From the NCBI GenBank assembly GCA_018399615.1, contig JAGYNT010000001.1, forward strand, positions 468-64,467: a stretch of 64,000 nucleotides of DNA, written 5' to 3'. The position numbers were made by a program, and so were the translations under genes. Positions within the stretch are counted from its first letter, which is position 1. Each line of letters begins with the position of its first letter. The notes beneath the pieces were generated by a model that saw nothing but the letters and a program-made list of their open reading frames with translations, made no database searches and had not been told where the DNA came from. Below, in pieces: positions 35,325-44,959 of this stretch. Source of the stretch: Acholeplasmataceae bacterium. Lineage in GTDB: Bacteria > Bacillota_I > Bacilli_A > Acholeplasmatales > Acholeplasmataceae.

Positions 35325-36505
35325 ATGAAAAAGGAAATAAAAATCATTTTCCATATCGATCTCAACGCTTTCTACGCGAGTTGTGCGATCATCGAGGAAC
35401 CCTATCTGAAAGACAAAGTGTTCGTCGTCGGCGGTCGATCCTCCTCGAATCGTGGCGTCGTATCGACCGCTTCCTATAAAGCGCGGGCATACGGAATCCA
35501 TAGCGCGATGAACATCAACGAGGCTTATGAGAGGTACCCCAGACTCGTGATCGTCCCGACGGATTTCGCGCTTTACAACAAGTTCTCGAATCATTTCTTT
35601 TCATTTCTGAAGACATACAGTTCGCTCATCCTGGCCGGATCGATCGATGAGGCGTACGTCGACATGACGGAACGGTCGAAGAAACAGCATCCTCTCGATA
35701 TCGCAAAAGAGAGATTCAAGAAGGACCGCTTTCTCGATATCAACTACCGTGTTCGATCGGTACTGCCCGACGCTTTTTCTCGCGAAGATGGCATCGGACA
35801 TGAAAAAGCCTTTGGGTATTACCGTTTTGAGGAAAAAGGACATTGTTGAAAAGCTTTTTCCACTCCACATCTCGAATATGTATGGAATCGGGAAAAAGAC
35901 GTATCCGAAACTGATCGATCTGGGAATTCTCACGATTGGCGATTTCGTCAGAAAAGCAATCTTTCCCACGAATTCTCGAAATCATGAGTGAGGCAAACTA
36001 TTACGGATATCTCGATCACATCATGGGAAAAAGCAGTGATGTGATCGACCCAAAAAAGTACCGGATCCCGAAATCGATCAGCAATGAAACGACGCTCAAC
36101 TACGCCATGGATGAACCGGATGCCATTCTTTCCGTCATCGACAATCTTCTCGAAACGACCCACAATCGTCTCATACGAGAAGAACTCGTCACGAAAACGA
36201 TCGGTATCCGCTTTCGCACGACGGGTTTCGAAACGTTCAGCCGCAGTTCATCACTGAACGCACATACCGATGACCCCTTATTGATCAAAGAAGAGATCGA
36301 AGCGCTCTTCGATCGGACATACGACGGAGAGGCGCTTCGCCTCGTCGGCGTGTTTTTCAATCAGATCATGCTGAAAAGCGACCTTAAACAGGATTTCAAT
36401 CTGTTCACGTATCAGTCCATGACAAAACGTGAAGAACGCCTCTATGAAACGCTTTCCACGCTTAGAGAAAAATATCCGGACGCGATCAAGAAGGCGAATT
36501 CCTAA
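35325..36505 (+). pseudogene. dinB: DNA polymerase IV (Y-family), three frameshifts
   Basis: The segments MKKEIKIIFHIDLNAFYASCAIIEEPYLKDKVFVVGG...SIDEAYVDMT... (frame 0), EIQE..LPCSIG (frame 2), APTLFLAKMASDMKKPLGITVL...GIGKKTYPKLIDLGILTIGDFVRK (frame 1) and the C-terminal 189-aa ORF (frame 2) together rebuild a full-length DinB. Confidence 0.7.
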
Positions 36506-37425
36506 ACAATCGTATCGAAATCGAGTCGTGACTCCGTGTTCCAGGTCGAAGGGTCGTTCTGATCGTATGCTTGCAGAAACATGATGACTTCACGCGTGAC
36601 TCGGGTCGGTGTCGACGCACCACTCGTGACGGCGACGACCGCGACATCATCCAACCATTTTCGTTCGAGTTCCTCCAGGCTTTGGATGCGTTTGCTGGGG
36701 ATACCCTGACGCATGCCGATTGCCGCAAGCTGGTTGGTGTTGCTGCTTTTGGCGTCACCGACGACGATCAGGAGGTCCGCCTCAACGCGCGTGACCGCTT
36801 CCTGTCTCATCGTCGTCGCCTGACAGATCTCGTTGTCGAAGACGACGTTTTCAAAGCGGTTTCGGATGACTTCGAGAATGGGTTCGATGTCATACATGCT
36901 GAGCGTCGTCTGATTGGTCACGAATATCGTCTTTCGTGCGTATCGGTCCGATGGGAGCATGACATCCTTCGTCGTTTCGATGAGCACGATCGACGGATCG
37001 ATCGACCGAATCGCTTCGGTCTCGGGATGATTCCTGTGGCCGATATAGAATACCTGATCTCCGGCATCAAGACGCACACGAATCAGGTCGTGCACGCGAT
37101 TGACATCCTTGCACACGGCATTGACGACCGTCAAACCTCTGGCTTTGGCCCGTTCGACGATTGCTTTTGCGACACCGTGCGCACTGAAAATCACCGTACC
37201 CTCAAAGACGCTCTCGATCAATTCGAGTTGCGTCTTGCTTTTATCCTGCAGATGGATAATCCCCTGTTTTTCGAAAGCGCGGGTCACGTGACCGTTGTGG
37301 ACGATCTGTCCGAGTATGTGGATGGGACGCGGATAGGTGGGATCGGCCAGAACGTCTCGGACCTTTTTCAAAGCCGAAACGACACCGTGACAATATCCAC
37401 GTGGTCTTACTTCTATGACTTGCAT
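36502..37425 (-). CDS. ispH: 4-hydroxy-3-methylbut-2-enyl diphosphate reductase
   Basis: MQVIEVRPRGYCHGVVSALKKV...FSAHGV...VTNQTT...; the start is internal to the track ORF. Confidence 0.9.
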   Translation of the reverse strand: MQVIEVRPRGYCHGVVSALKKVRDVLADPTYPRPIHILGQIVHNGHVTRAFEKQGIIHLQDKSKTQLELIESVFEGTVIFSAHGVAKAIVERAKARGLTVVNAVCKDVNRVHDLIRVRLDAGDQVFYIGHRNHPETEAIRSIDPSIVLIETTKDVMLPSDRYARKTIFVTNQTTLSMYDIEPILEVIRNRFENVVFDNEICQATTMRQEAVTRVEADLLIVVGDAKSSNTNQLAAIGMRQGIPSKRIQSLEELERKWLDDVAVVAVTSGASTPTRVTREVIMFLQAYDQNDPSTWNTESRLDFDTIV

Positions 37426-37519
37426 CAGATCACCTGGGTCCATTATAGCGCATATCGTTTTGGATGTCGTTCTTTTTACCTCTGACGGGATAACATGTTA
37501 TAATGATAGCGGTGATTTG

Positions 37520-38761
37520 ATGTATATAAAAGAAAAACTGGAACACCTCGGTTTCAAGCAGGCCACACCGATTCAAGAGGAGATATTCAAAGCTTTCGAT
37601 ACCAAAAGGCATATCGTCGGCATCGCGCCAACGGGCACGGGCAAAACGCATGCCTATCTTTTGCCGATCCTAAGAGACATCGATCGCAGGACAGAAGCGG
37701 TGCAGGCGATTCTATGTGTTCCGACCAATGAATTGGTCGAACAGGTTTTTCGCATGCTCAAAGCCGTTGAGCCGGATTTTCCCGTCAAGGCATATTACGG
37801 TGGTTCCGACAAACAAAGAGAGCTCGTCTGGCTCAGGAAGCATCAACCCGTGATCGTCATCGCGACTCCCGAACGCTTGAAAGAGTTCGCGGTAACGGAA
37901 GCCGCCTTGAATTTGAAACATGTCAGAAACGTCGTGCTCGATGAAGCCGATATGATGTTCGATCGTGCGTTTCTCGGTTGGATCGATGAACTCGACCATA
38001 CGATAAAAGACGCGAGATATCTGCTTTTCTCGGCTTCGCTCTCCGAAACGATGGAACCGTTCATCAAAACATATTTCGGATCCTATGTCAAAATCGATAC
38101 GAGAAACAGACACGAACTCAAAATCTCCTATCCGCTCATCGACATTCGGGGTGAAGACCGACTCGATGCCATCGAGCGGGTCGTCAAATCGATCAATCCC
38201 TATCTCTGCTTTGTCTTTGTCAGCAAAAAGGAAGACATGGAAGCGGTATCCGATCGGATCGGGAGCCTGGGTGAATCCGTTGTGCTGATCAATTCCGACT
38301 TGAATGTCCGTATGCGCAAGCAACGGATCGAACGTATCCGGAAACTCGAGTTTCGCTACGTCGTCACGAGTGACCTTGCCTCACGCGGGATCGATCTGTC
38401 GATCTCGCACATCATCAACTACGATTTGCCGTTCAAACCCGAGTTTTTCTTTCATCGCAGCGGACGAACCGGACGGATGGGACAAAGCGGAACCGTAATT
38501 ACCTTCCAAACCATCCACGACCAGAAAAAGGTCGATAGTCTGCGTCGAAAAGGCGTGCCTTTCCAACGATCACGCATCGTCGACTTTTCGATCGTCCCGA
38601 TCAAGAAGCGAACGGATCGTTTGAGCGATACGGAAAAAAGAGCGATCAGACGAATTGCGAAACCAAAAAAAATCAAACCGAATCATCGAAAAAAGAATAA
38701 GGCCTTGGTCGACAAGGTCATTCAAAAAGCGAGGAAAAAAACACATGCCAATCATCGGTAG
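37520..38761 (+). CDS. DEAD-box ATP-dependent RNA helicase
   Basis: Q-motif FKQATPIQ, APTGTGKT, VLDEADMMF, FSASLS, HRSGRTGR and a basic C-terminal tail. Confidence 0.9.
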   Translation: MYIKEKLEHLGFKQATPIQEEIFKAFDTKRHIVGIAPTGTGKTHAYLLPILRDIDRRTEAVQAILCVPTNELVEQVFRMLKAVEPDFPVKAYYGGSDKQRELVWLRKHQPVIVIATPERLKEFAVTEAALNLKHVRNVVLDEADMMFDRAFLGWIDELDHTIKDARYLLFSASLSETMEPFIKTYFGSYVKIDTRNRHELKISYPLIDIRGEDRLDAIERVVKSINPYLCFVFVSKKEDMEAVSDRIGSLGESVVLINSDLNVRMRKQRIERIRKLEFRYVVTSDLASRGIDLSISHIINYDLPFKPEFFFHRSGRTGRMGQSGTVITFQTIHDQKKVDSLRRKGVPFQRSRIVDFSIVPIKKRTDRLSDTEKRAIRRIAKPKKIKPNHRKKNKALVDKVIQKARKKTHANHR

Positions 38762-39647
38762 TCACGTATCCATGTCAGGTGAAAAGATGTTTCTCGGTTC
38801 CGTCAAGGAAGCACTCTCCTATCAGGCGTCGGCACTCATGGTTTATACCGGAGCTCCACAGAACACACGAAGGAAAAGGATCGAAGACTTGCAAATCGAA
38901 GAGGCCAAACACCTGATTGAAGCGAGCGGTCTTTGTCTCGAGCACGTCGTCGTTCATGCACCCTACATCATGAATCTCGCGAATCCCGATCCGGTAAAAA
39001 GAGCTTTTGCCAAGCACTTTCTGATCGATGAAGTAAAACGAACCGAAGCCATGGGTGTGACCCAGATCGTCTTGCATCCGGGAAGTGCCGTCGGCAAGGA
39101 CAGGCCACAGGCGATCGTGTGGATCGCGGAAGGGTTGAACGATGTCATTGAAAAGACGATGGGCTTCAAGGTCAGAATCGCTTTGGAAACGATGGCCGGC
39201 AAGGGAAACGAGGTCGGCAAAACCTTCGAGGAGTTGAAAGCGATCATCGATCTCGTCGATGATCAGAGTCGCGTCAGCGTCTGTTTCGACACCTGTCATG
39301 TCCATGACGCCGGGTATGATGTCAAAAACGACTTCGACGGTGTCGTGCGCCTGTTCGACCGAATCGTCGGAATTAAAAAGATCAGCGTCATTCACGTCAA
39401 TGACTCGAAAAATCCCATGGGTGCCGCCAAGGACCGACATGAAAACATCGGTTTCGGACATATCGGTTTCGAAGCACTCAAAGACGTTGTCTATGATGAT
39501 CGTTTCAAAGACATTCCGAAAATTCTCGAAACGCCTTATGTCGAGAAAAAGCCGCCTTATCGCCATGAGATCGCGATGATCCGGCAAGGCGTGTTCATCG
39601 ATGATCTCAAAGAGCGGATTATCGCCGATCAGGATATCCGAACGTAA
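38745..39647 (+). CDS. nfo: Endonuclease IV (deoxyribonuclease IV)
   Basis: MPIIGSHVSMSGEKMFLGSVKEAL...HAPYIMNLA...LETMAGKGNEVG...CFDTCHVHDAGYD. The start overlaps the helicase 3' end. Confidence 0.9.
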   Translation: MPIIGSHVSMSGEKMFLGSVKEALSYQASALMVYTGAPQNTRRKRIEDLQIEEAKHLIEASGLCLEHVVVHAPYIMNLANPDPVKRAFAKHFLIDEVKRTEAMGVTQIVLHPGSAVGKDRPQAIVWIAEGLNDVIEKTMGFKVRIALETMAGKGNEVGKTFEELKAIIDLVDDQSRVSVCFDTCHVHDAGYDVKNDFDGVVRLFDRIVGIKKISVIHVNDSKNPMGAAKDRHENIGFGHIGFEALKDVVYDDRFKDIPKILETPYVEKKPPYRHEIAMIRQGVFIDDLKERIIADQDIRT

Positions 39648-39715
39648 GAAACGATACCTGTTCTGGTGAATCAGACTATCGAGCGCATATAAGCTTGATT
39701 TTCCGGAGGTGGACC

Positions 39716-40993
39716 ATGAAACGCGTCGTGATCGTCGGAACGCAATGGGGCGACGAAGGCAAAGGCAAGATTACCGATTATCTTTCACGCTACGCGGATG
39801 TCGTCGTCCGCTATCAGGGCGGCAACAATGCCGGTCACACGGTCGTGATCGACGGAGAGCGACGTGCCCTACATCTGTTGCCTTCGGGGGTATTCAATCC
39901 CGCGATCGAAAATGTCATGGCCAACGGCATGGTCATCGATCCGATCGCACTCGGGCAAGAACTCGACCGGAAAATGGTCAATCTCCATATTTCCGATCGG
40001 GCGCATGTCGTCCTACCCTTCCATCGGGAAGAGGACACGCGATCGGAAAGCGATAAAGGGACACATAAAATCGGTACGACAAAAAAAGGGATCGGTCCCG
40101 CCTACGCCGACAAGGCCGCACGCATCGGAATTCGCATGGGAACTTTCGTCGATCCCGTTCGTTTTGCCAAAGCGATCCGGGAACTCGTCCGAATCAAAAA
40201 CGAGGCGATCTTCCAAGACCGAAGAAAACGCCATGACGCGGATGAGATCATCCGCGCCTACAAGCCTTATCAGGAGCTTCTGAGACCTTACGTCAAGGAT
40301 ACTTCCATTTTTCTGAATGATCGGATCGAAGCGGGAAAGAACATCCTTTTCGAAGGCGCGCAAGGCGTTCTTCTCTGTCTGGATCACGGGACATATCCTT
40401 ACGTGACGTCGAGCTCTCCGACGGCTGCCTCCGTTCCCCTTTCAACCGGTATCGCACCCTGGCTTATCGATGGCGCACTAGGCGTGACCAAAGCCTACAC
40501 GACCCGTGTGGGTGAGGGACCGATGCCAAGCGAAATGGACCGGGAACAGGCACATGTCATCCGTGAACGGGGACATGAGTACGGAACGACCACCGGACGG
40601 AAAAGACGCATCGGTTGGCTCGATCTCGTCGTCATCCGACACGCCAAAAGAACGAGCGGATTATCCGCTTTGGCAATTACCCTTCTTGATGTTCTTTCCG
40701 GTCTGAGCGTGATCAAAGTCGTCGTTTCCTATCGATTGCAAGGTAAGGCCATCGACTTCATTCCCGAGCACGCGGATGACTTGAGTCAAGTCGAGCCCGT
40801 CTATATCGAACTGAAAGGGTGGGATGAAGATCTTTCGAAAATCCGTACCTTTGAGGAACTGCCGGATGCCGCAAAAACGTATCTCGACACCATATCGCAG
40901 GTTGTCGGCCTTCCGATTCACATCTTTTCAGTCGGGCCCGAACGTCATCAGACGATCGAGATCTTAAAAACGTTTGAAGGAAGAAAGCCATGA
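39716..40993 (+). CDS. purA: Adenylosuccinate synthetase
   Basis: MKRVVIVGTQWGDEGKGKITDYL...GNNAGHTV...TTKKGIGPAYADK. Confidence 0.95.
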   Translation: MKRVVIVGTQWGDEGKGKITDYLSRYADVVVRYQGGNNAGHTVVIDGERRALHLLPSGVFNPAIENVMANGMVIDPIALGQELDRKMVNLHISDRAHVVLPFHREEDTRSESDKGTHKIGTTKKGIGPAYADKAARIGIRMGTFVDPVRFAKAIRELVRIKNEAIFQDRRKRHDADEIIRAYKPYQELLRPYVKDTSIFLNDRIEAGKNILFEGAQGVLLCLDHGTYPYVTSSSPTAASVPLSTGIAPWLIDGALGVTKAYTTRVGEGPMPSEMDREQAHVIRERGHEYGTTTGRKRRIGWLDLVVIRHAKRTSGLSALAITLLDVLSGLSVIKVVVSYRLQGKAIDFIPEHADDLSQVEPVYIELKGWDEDLSKIRTFEELPDAAKTYLDTISQVVGLPIHIFSVGPERHQTIEILKTFEGRKP

Positions 40994-42294
40994 TCAAACG
41001 ATATCAAAGACCGATCATGCGAAAACTGTGGTCGGATGAACACAAGTTCAACCGTTATCTCGACGTTGAAAAGGCCGTTTGTTGGGCCTGGATGAAACTC
41101 GGGCTCTTCGACTCGATCACATATGAAAAAATCTTGAAAGCTTCGTTTACGCTCCAACGCATCGAAGCGATCGAACAAGAGGTCCGTCATGACGTCATCG
41201 CTTTTTTGGAGGCGATCGGCGAGACGCTCGGCGACGAGCGTAAGTATCTCCATTACGGTCTTACGTCGACCGATGTCGTCGATACCGCTCACGCCCTGAT
41301 CCTACGCGATGTCAATCGCGTGATCGAAGCGGATATCGAGGCGATCATGGAGGTATTGAAAGAAAAGGCCTATGCCTACAAAGATCAGCTCTCGATCGGA
41401 CGAACGCACGGCATACACGCTGAGATCACCTCGTTCGGACTGAAGTTCGTCTTGTGGTACGAGGATTTCCGTCGTCTGAAAAGCTTTTTCACGCGTGCGG
41501 CAAGAGGCGTCGAAGTCGGTATGATCAGCGGGGCGGTCGGAAACTACAGCGCCCATTCGCCCGAACTCGAAAAACTGGCTTTGAGACGACTCGATCTTCC
41601 CGCGACAAAGGTTTCGACACAAGTCTTGCAGCGGGACCGCCACGCGAACTATGTGGCCCAACTCGCCTTGCTCGGGTCTCAGCTTGAAAAAATGGCGATT
41701 GAAATCAGACACTTGAGCAAAACGGAAGTCGGTGAAGTCGAAGAAGCGTTTTCCAAAGGACAGAAGGGTTCGAGCGCCATGCCGCACAAAAGGAATCCGA
41801 TCAGCAGTGAAAACATCTCCGGTCTTTCCCGCGTCATTCGCGGTTACATGCTCTCGACCTATGAAAACATCGCGTTGTGGCATGAGCGGGATATCTCGCA
41901 CTCGTCGGTTGAACGCATCGTCCTTTCGGACGCGACGACGCTCATCGACTACATGCTGAAGCGATTCACAGAAACACTCAAACACCTTGTCATCAACGCG
42001 GTACGTATGAATAAGAATATCGAGCTTACCCACGGCGTCATTCACGCCGAGCGAATCCTGCACGCCTTGATCGATGATGGCTTCGATCGCGCCAAAGCCT
42101 ATGCGATCATCCAGAAGATTTCCCATGACGCACTCGAACAGGAGATACACATCCGGAAACTCATCGAACAGGACCCTGTTCTCAGCACCCGACTGAGCAC
42201 CCGGGAACTCGACCGATTGTTCGATCCGAAACACGATGTCAGGCACGTCCAGGCCATCTATGAACGGGTCTTCGAAGCGTCCGATGACGCGTGA
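40990..42294 (+). CDS. purB: Adenylosuccinate lyase
   Basis: 434 aa with ...GLTSTDVVDTA... and GSSAMPHKRNPISSE. It has a 4-nt overlap with purA. Confidence 0.95.
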   Translation: MIKRYQRPIMRKLWSDEHKFNRYLDVEKAVCWAWMKLGLFDSITYEKILKASFTLQRIEAIEQEVRHDVIAFLEAIGETLGDERKYLHYGLTSTDVVDTAHALILRDVNRVIEADIEAIMEVLKEKAYAYKDQLSIGRTHGIHAEITSFGLKFVLWYEDFRRLKSFFTRAARGVEVGMISGAVGNYSAHSPELEKLALRRLDLPATKVSTQVLQRDRHANYVAQLALLGSQLEKMAIEIRHLSKTEVGEVEEAFSKGQKGSSAMPHKRNPISSENISGLSRVIRGYMLSTYENIALWHERDISHSSVERIVLSDATTLIDYMLKRFTETLKHLVINAVRMNKNIELTHGVIHAERILHALIDDGFDRAKAYAIIQKISHDALEQEIHIRKLIEQDPVLSTRLSTRELDRLFDPKHDVRHVQAIYERVFEASDDA

Positions 42295-42325
42295 TCGGGA
42301 AGCTTGAAAAAGAACGTATTTACAA

Positions 42326-42354
42326 TTGCCAAACATAAGTTTTTGTGCTATAAT
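42326..42354 (+). promoter_or_regulatory. Strong promoter TTGCCA-17-TGcTATAAT
   Basis: TTGCCA is at 42326-42331 and TATAAT at 42349-42354, preceded by a TG extension. Confidence 0.7.
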
Positions 42355-42381
42355 CAAAAGCAGTGAAATGAGGAGGTTTTT

Positions 42382-42972
42382 ATGGCAGACAAATATAATC
42401 GAGTGGAACCCAAAGTTCCACCTATGACAATCGCGATACTCGTAGCGATCGCACTCGTCGTATTGGCGATCATCATTTTCATGAGACCGTCGGACGCCGA
42501 ACAGATCCATGCTGAATACACGGTTACCGCCCGTACGGATCTGACCGAGAATCATCCCTTCAAAAGTGTCGAGTACGAGGATGGTTTCCTAGGTTTGAGA
42601 AAAGGACTCAAAAGCATCATCGAAGACGAGAAGAACGTCCTCGTTTATTTCGGTCACGCCCAATGTCCTTCCTGTCTCGCACACGTTGCAGCCTATGAGT
42701 CCTATTTTTACGATGAAGGCGTTGACGCATATTTCGACCATATCTATTATTACAGCCCACTTGACGACTTGACGACATTTGAAACGATTCAAAGTGATTT
42801 CGAAGACATTCGAAGTTCCGTACCCCAACTCGTCCTTTTCGTTGACGGAAAAGTCGAAGTGATGCACGAACTTCCCCAAGTTCCGGAAGAAGAGGAACCG
42901 ACCGAGCAGCAGATCAACGCGCAGGTCAAGGCTTTCTACCTCGATGTCCTCGAACTTCTCGAAAATGCATAA
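42382..42972 (+). CDS. Membrane-anchored thioredoxin-like protein (CPSC motif)
   Basis: N-terminal TM helix (MTIAILVAIALVVLAIIIF) followed by ...VLVYFGHAQCPSCLAHV... Confidence 0.6.
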   Translation: MADKYNRVEPKVPPMTIAILVAIALVVLAIIIFMRPSDAEQIHAEYTVTARTDLTENHPFKSVEYEDGFLGLRKGLKSIIEDEKNVLVYFGHAQCPSCLAHVAAYESYFYDEGVDAYFDHIYYYSPLDDLTTFETIQSDFEDIRSSVPQLVLFVDGKVEVMHELPQVPEEEEPTEQQINAQVKAFYLDVLELLENA

Positions 42973-43011
42973 AAAGCACACTGTGCTTTTTTTTACAAGG
43001 AGTGATCGTTC

Positions 43012-44685
43012 ATGATCGAACATATCAAGGGCACGATACAGACGACAATCAAGGATAACTTTGATGTCTCCGACATAACCGTTGAAGAACCGAAACGAGG
43101 ATTGGCCGATTTGGCGATTCCGCTTTTTCCTTTTGCCAAACAATGGAAAAAGTCACCGAAAGCGATCTATGATTCCTTTTACGGACATCTCGAACCGATC
43201 GCGGATATCGAGTCAATCGAATTTTCCAACGGTTTCATGAACCTGTTTTTGAAGCGCGCTCCACTTTCTCACCGCATCCTGACCGATGTCGTCATTCGCG
43301 ACCACGGGTATGGAAGCGTCGAGCCCGATCAAAGTAAAACGGTTGTCATCGACTACTCGTCGCCGAATATCGCCAAGAGTTTTTCCGTGGGACACCTGCG
43401 TTCGACGGTGATCGGCAATGCCTTGAAAAAGATCTATGAGAAACAAGGCTATCGCGTCGTCGGTATCAATCACCTCGGTGATTGGGGAACCCAGTTCGGC
43501 AAGATGATCGTCGCCTATCAGAAGTGGGGGTCGAAAGAAGCGATTCGGCGGGCCCCGATCGAAGAATTGCAAGCACTCTACGTCAAGTTCCACGACGCGG
43601 CCGAACAGGATCCCTCACTCGACCAGAAAGCGCGCGATGCGCTCTTGAAACTCGAAGAAAAAGATCCGGATTACCTGGAACTCTGGCAGTGGTTCAAAGA
43701 TGAATCCCTGCGGGAATTCATGTCGATGTACGATCTTTTGGGCGTCACATTCGATACCTACGACGGGGAGTCCTTTTACAATGACAAGATGGATGATGTC
43801 GTCAGGGAACTCGGTGATCAAAAACTGCTTCAGATCGACCAAGGTGCGACCATCGTCGATCTCGGAGAGGATATGCCGCCCGCTCTGATCAAACGAAGCG
43901 ACGGTGGGACACTCTATATGACGCGTGATCTCGCCGCACTGCTCTATCGTCACAGGACCTATGCATTCGATTCGATTCTCTATGTTGTCGGAAATGAGCA
44001 GCAACTCCATTTCAAACAGCTCAAAGCCATCAGCAGGCTCATGGGTTACGATTTCGACATCGAACACATCAATTTCGGCCTCGTTTTGATCGACGGAAAG
44101 AAAATGTCGACCAGAAAAGGGAAAAACAAGAAGCTAAGGGATGTCATCGATCGCGCGATCGATGAGGCCGGAAAGGCGATTTCCGGCAAGAATCCCGAAC
44201 TCGGATCGAAAGACGAGATCGCCAAAGCGGTCGCCATCGGCGCGATCATCTTCAATGACCTCAAAAACGAACGGCATCTCGACATCGATTTCGATCTCGA
44301 TCACATGCTCAAATTCGAAGGACAGACCGGACCCTATATCCAATACAGCAGTGTGCGGATCGAATCGATTTTGCGTGAGCACGAGATCGATCTCGACACG
44401 ATGGATCCCTCCTTTTACGAACAGGACACCTACTTCGAAATCATCAAGCAGATCAGTCAGTTTCCGACGATCATCACGCGAGCACGCGAGCATAACGCTC
44501 CAAGCGTCATCGCGCGCTATGTGCTTTCACTCGCCCAGAGTTTCAACCGGTTTTACGGCAATCAGAGGATCCTGATCGATGATCCGAGCCATTTGCAGGC
44601 AAACCTTCTTTTCATCAAAGCCATCCAGATCGTGCTCAACGAAGGGCTCCGTCTCCTCGGCATGAAGGCTTTGAAAGAAATGTAG
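43012..44685 (+). CDS. argS: Arginine--tRNA ligase
   Basis: 557 aa with ...IDYSSPNIAKSFSVGHLRSTVIGNAL... (HIGH-type), ...KMSTRKG... (KMSKS-type) and a DALR C-terminal domain. Confidence 0.95.
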   Translation: MIEHIKGTIQTTIKDNFDVSDITVEEPKRGLADLAIPLFPFAKQWKKSPKAIYDSFYGHLEPIADIESIEFSNGFMNLFLKRAPLSHRILTDVVIRDHGYGSVEPDQSKTVVIDYSSPNIAKSFSVGHLRSTVIGNALKKIYEKQGYRVVGINHLGDWGTQFGKMIVAYQKWGSKEAIRRAPIEELQALYVKFHDAAEQDPSLDQKARDALLKLEEKDPDYLELWQWFKDESLREFMSMYDLLGVTFDTYDGESFYNDKMDDVVRELGDQKLLQIDQGATIVDLGEDMPPALIKRSDGGTLYMTRDLAALLYRHRTYAFDSILYVVGNEQQLHFKQLKAISRLMGYDFDIEHINFGLVLIDGKKMSTRKGKNKKLRDVIDRAIDEAGKAISGKNPELGSKDEIAKAVAIGAIIFNDLKNERHLDIDFDLDHMLKFEGQTGPYIQYSSVRIESILREHEIDLDTMDPSFYEQDTYFEIIKQISQFPTIITRAREHNAPSVIARYVLSLAQSFNRFYGNQRILIDDPSHLQANLLFIKAIQIVLNEGLRLLGMKALKEM

Positions 44686-44754
44686 TTTTGACTTGAAAAT
44701 CCGGGCATATAATGCTATCCTATTAGTGCTATCCGAACGTTTTCGGATAGAAGC

Positions 44755-44841
44755 CCCCGCGTGATGAAATTGGTAGACGTGCCAGACTCAAAATCTGGTG
44801 GATGCAAATCCGTGCTGGTTCGAGTCCGGCCGCGGGGACCA
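44755..44841 (+). tRNA. tRNA-Leu (anticodon CAA), class II with long variable arm, CCA encoded
   Basis: Acceptor CCCCGCG/CGCGGGG, D-loop AAATTGGTAGA, anticodon stem-loop CCAGA-CTCAAAA-TCTGG, variable arm TGGATGCAAATCCGT, T-arm GCTGG-TTCGAGT-CCGGC, discriminator A plus CCA. Confidence 0.9.
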
Positions 44842-44852
44842 CGTGATCATGT

Positions 44853-44875
44853 ACTGCTCGAACGAGCAGTTTTTC
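44853..44875 (+). terminator. Rho-independent terminator after tRNA-Leu
   Basis: ACTGCTCgaacGAGCAGTTTTTCTTTTT. Confidence 0.8.
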
Positions 44876-44959
44876 TTTTTTTATCCGAATGATGCATATG
44901 AACGCATATCATCTTGAAATGAATGTGATAGAATAGAACATATGAAAGCGAGGTACACC

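Noticed and set aside
41302-42555. Long antisense or out-of-frame ORFs, including 41302..42555 (-), 20123..21313 (-), 14934..15890 (-), 38775..39587 (-), 26165..26923 (-), 16657..17412 (-) and 33380..34093 (-)
   Set aside because: Each lies entirely over a well-supported gene (purB, ABC permeases, pckG, nfo, potB, tdh, recN). Each has the Arg/Asp/His-rich, low-complexity composition typical of shadow frames.
42966-42996. The A/T-rich hairpin with T8 immediately before the argS RBS as an attenuator or T-box remnant
   Set aside because: The stem has only ~5 G/C-containing pairs and there is no room (~40 nt) for a leader RNA. It is probably a leaky terminator of the thioredoxin-like gene with read-through into argS.
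44729-44750. Perfect 9-bp hairpin CTATCCGAAcgttTTCGGATAG between argS and the tRNA as a terminator
   Set aside because: It has no T-run and ends 4 nt before the mature tRNA 5' end. It is more likely a precursor or processing structure or a coincidence, and its function cannot be decided from sequence.
44755-44841. tRNA-Leu as a pseudogene, because of a C1:G72 acceptor pair and A10:U25 in the D stem
   Set aside because: All stems pair, the D- and T-loops are canonical, the variable arm fits class II tRNA-Leu and CCA is encoded. The unusual pairs may be lineage-specific identity features.
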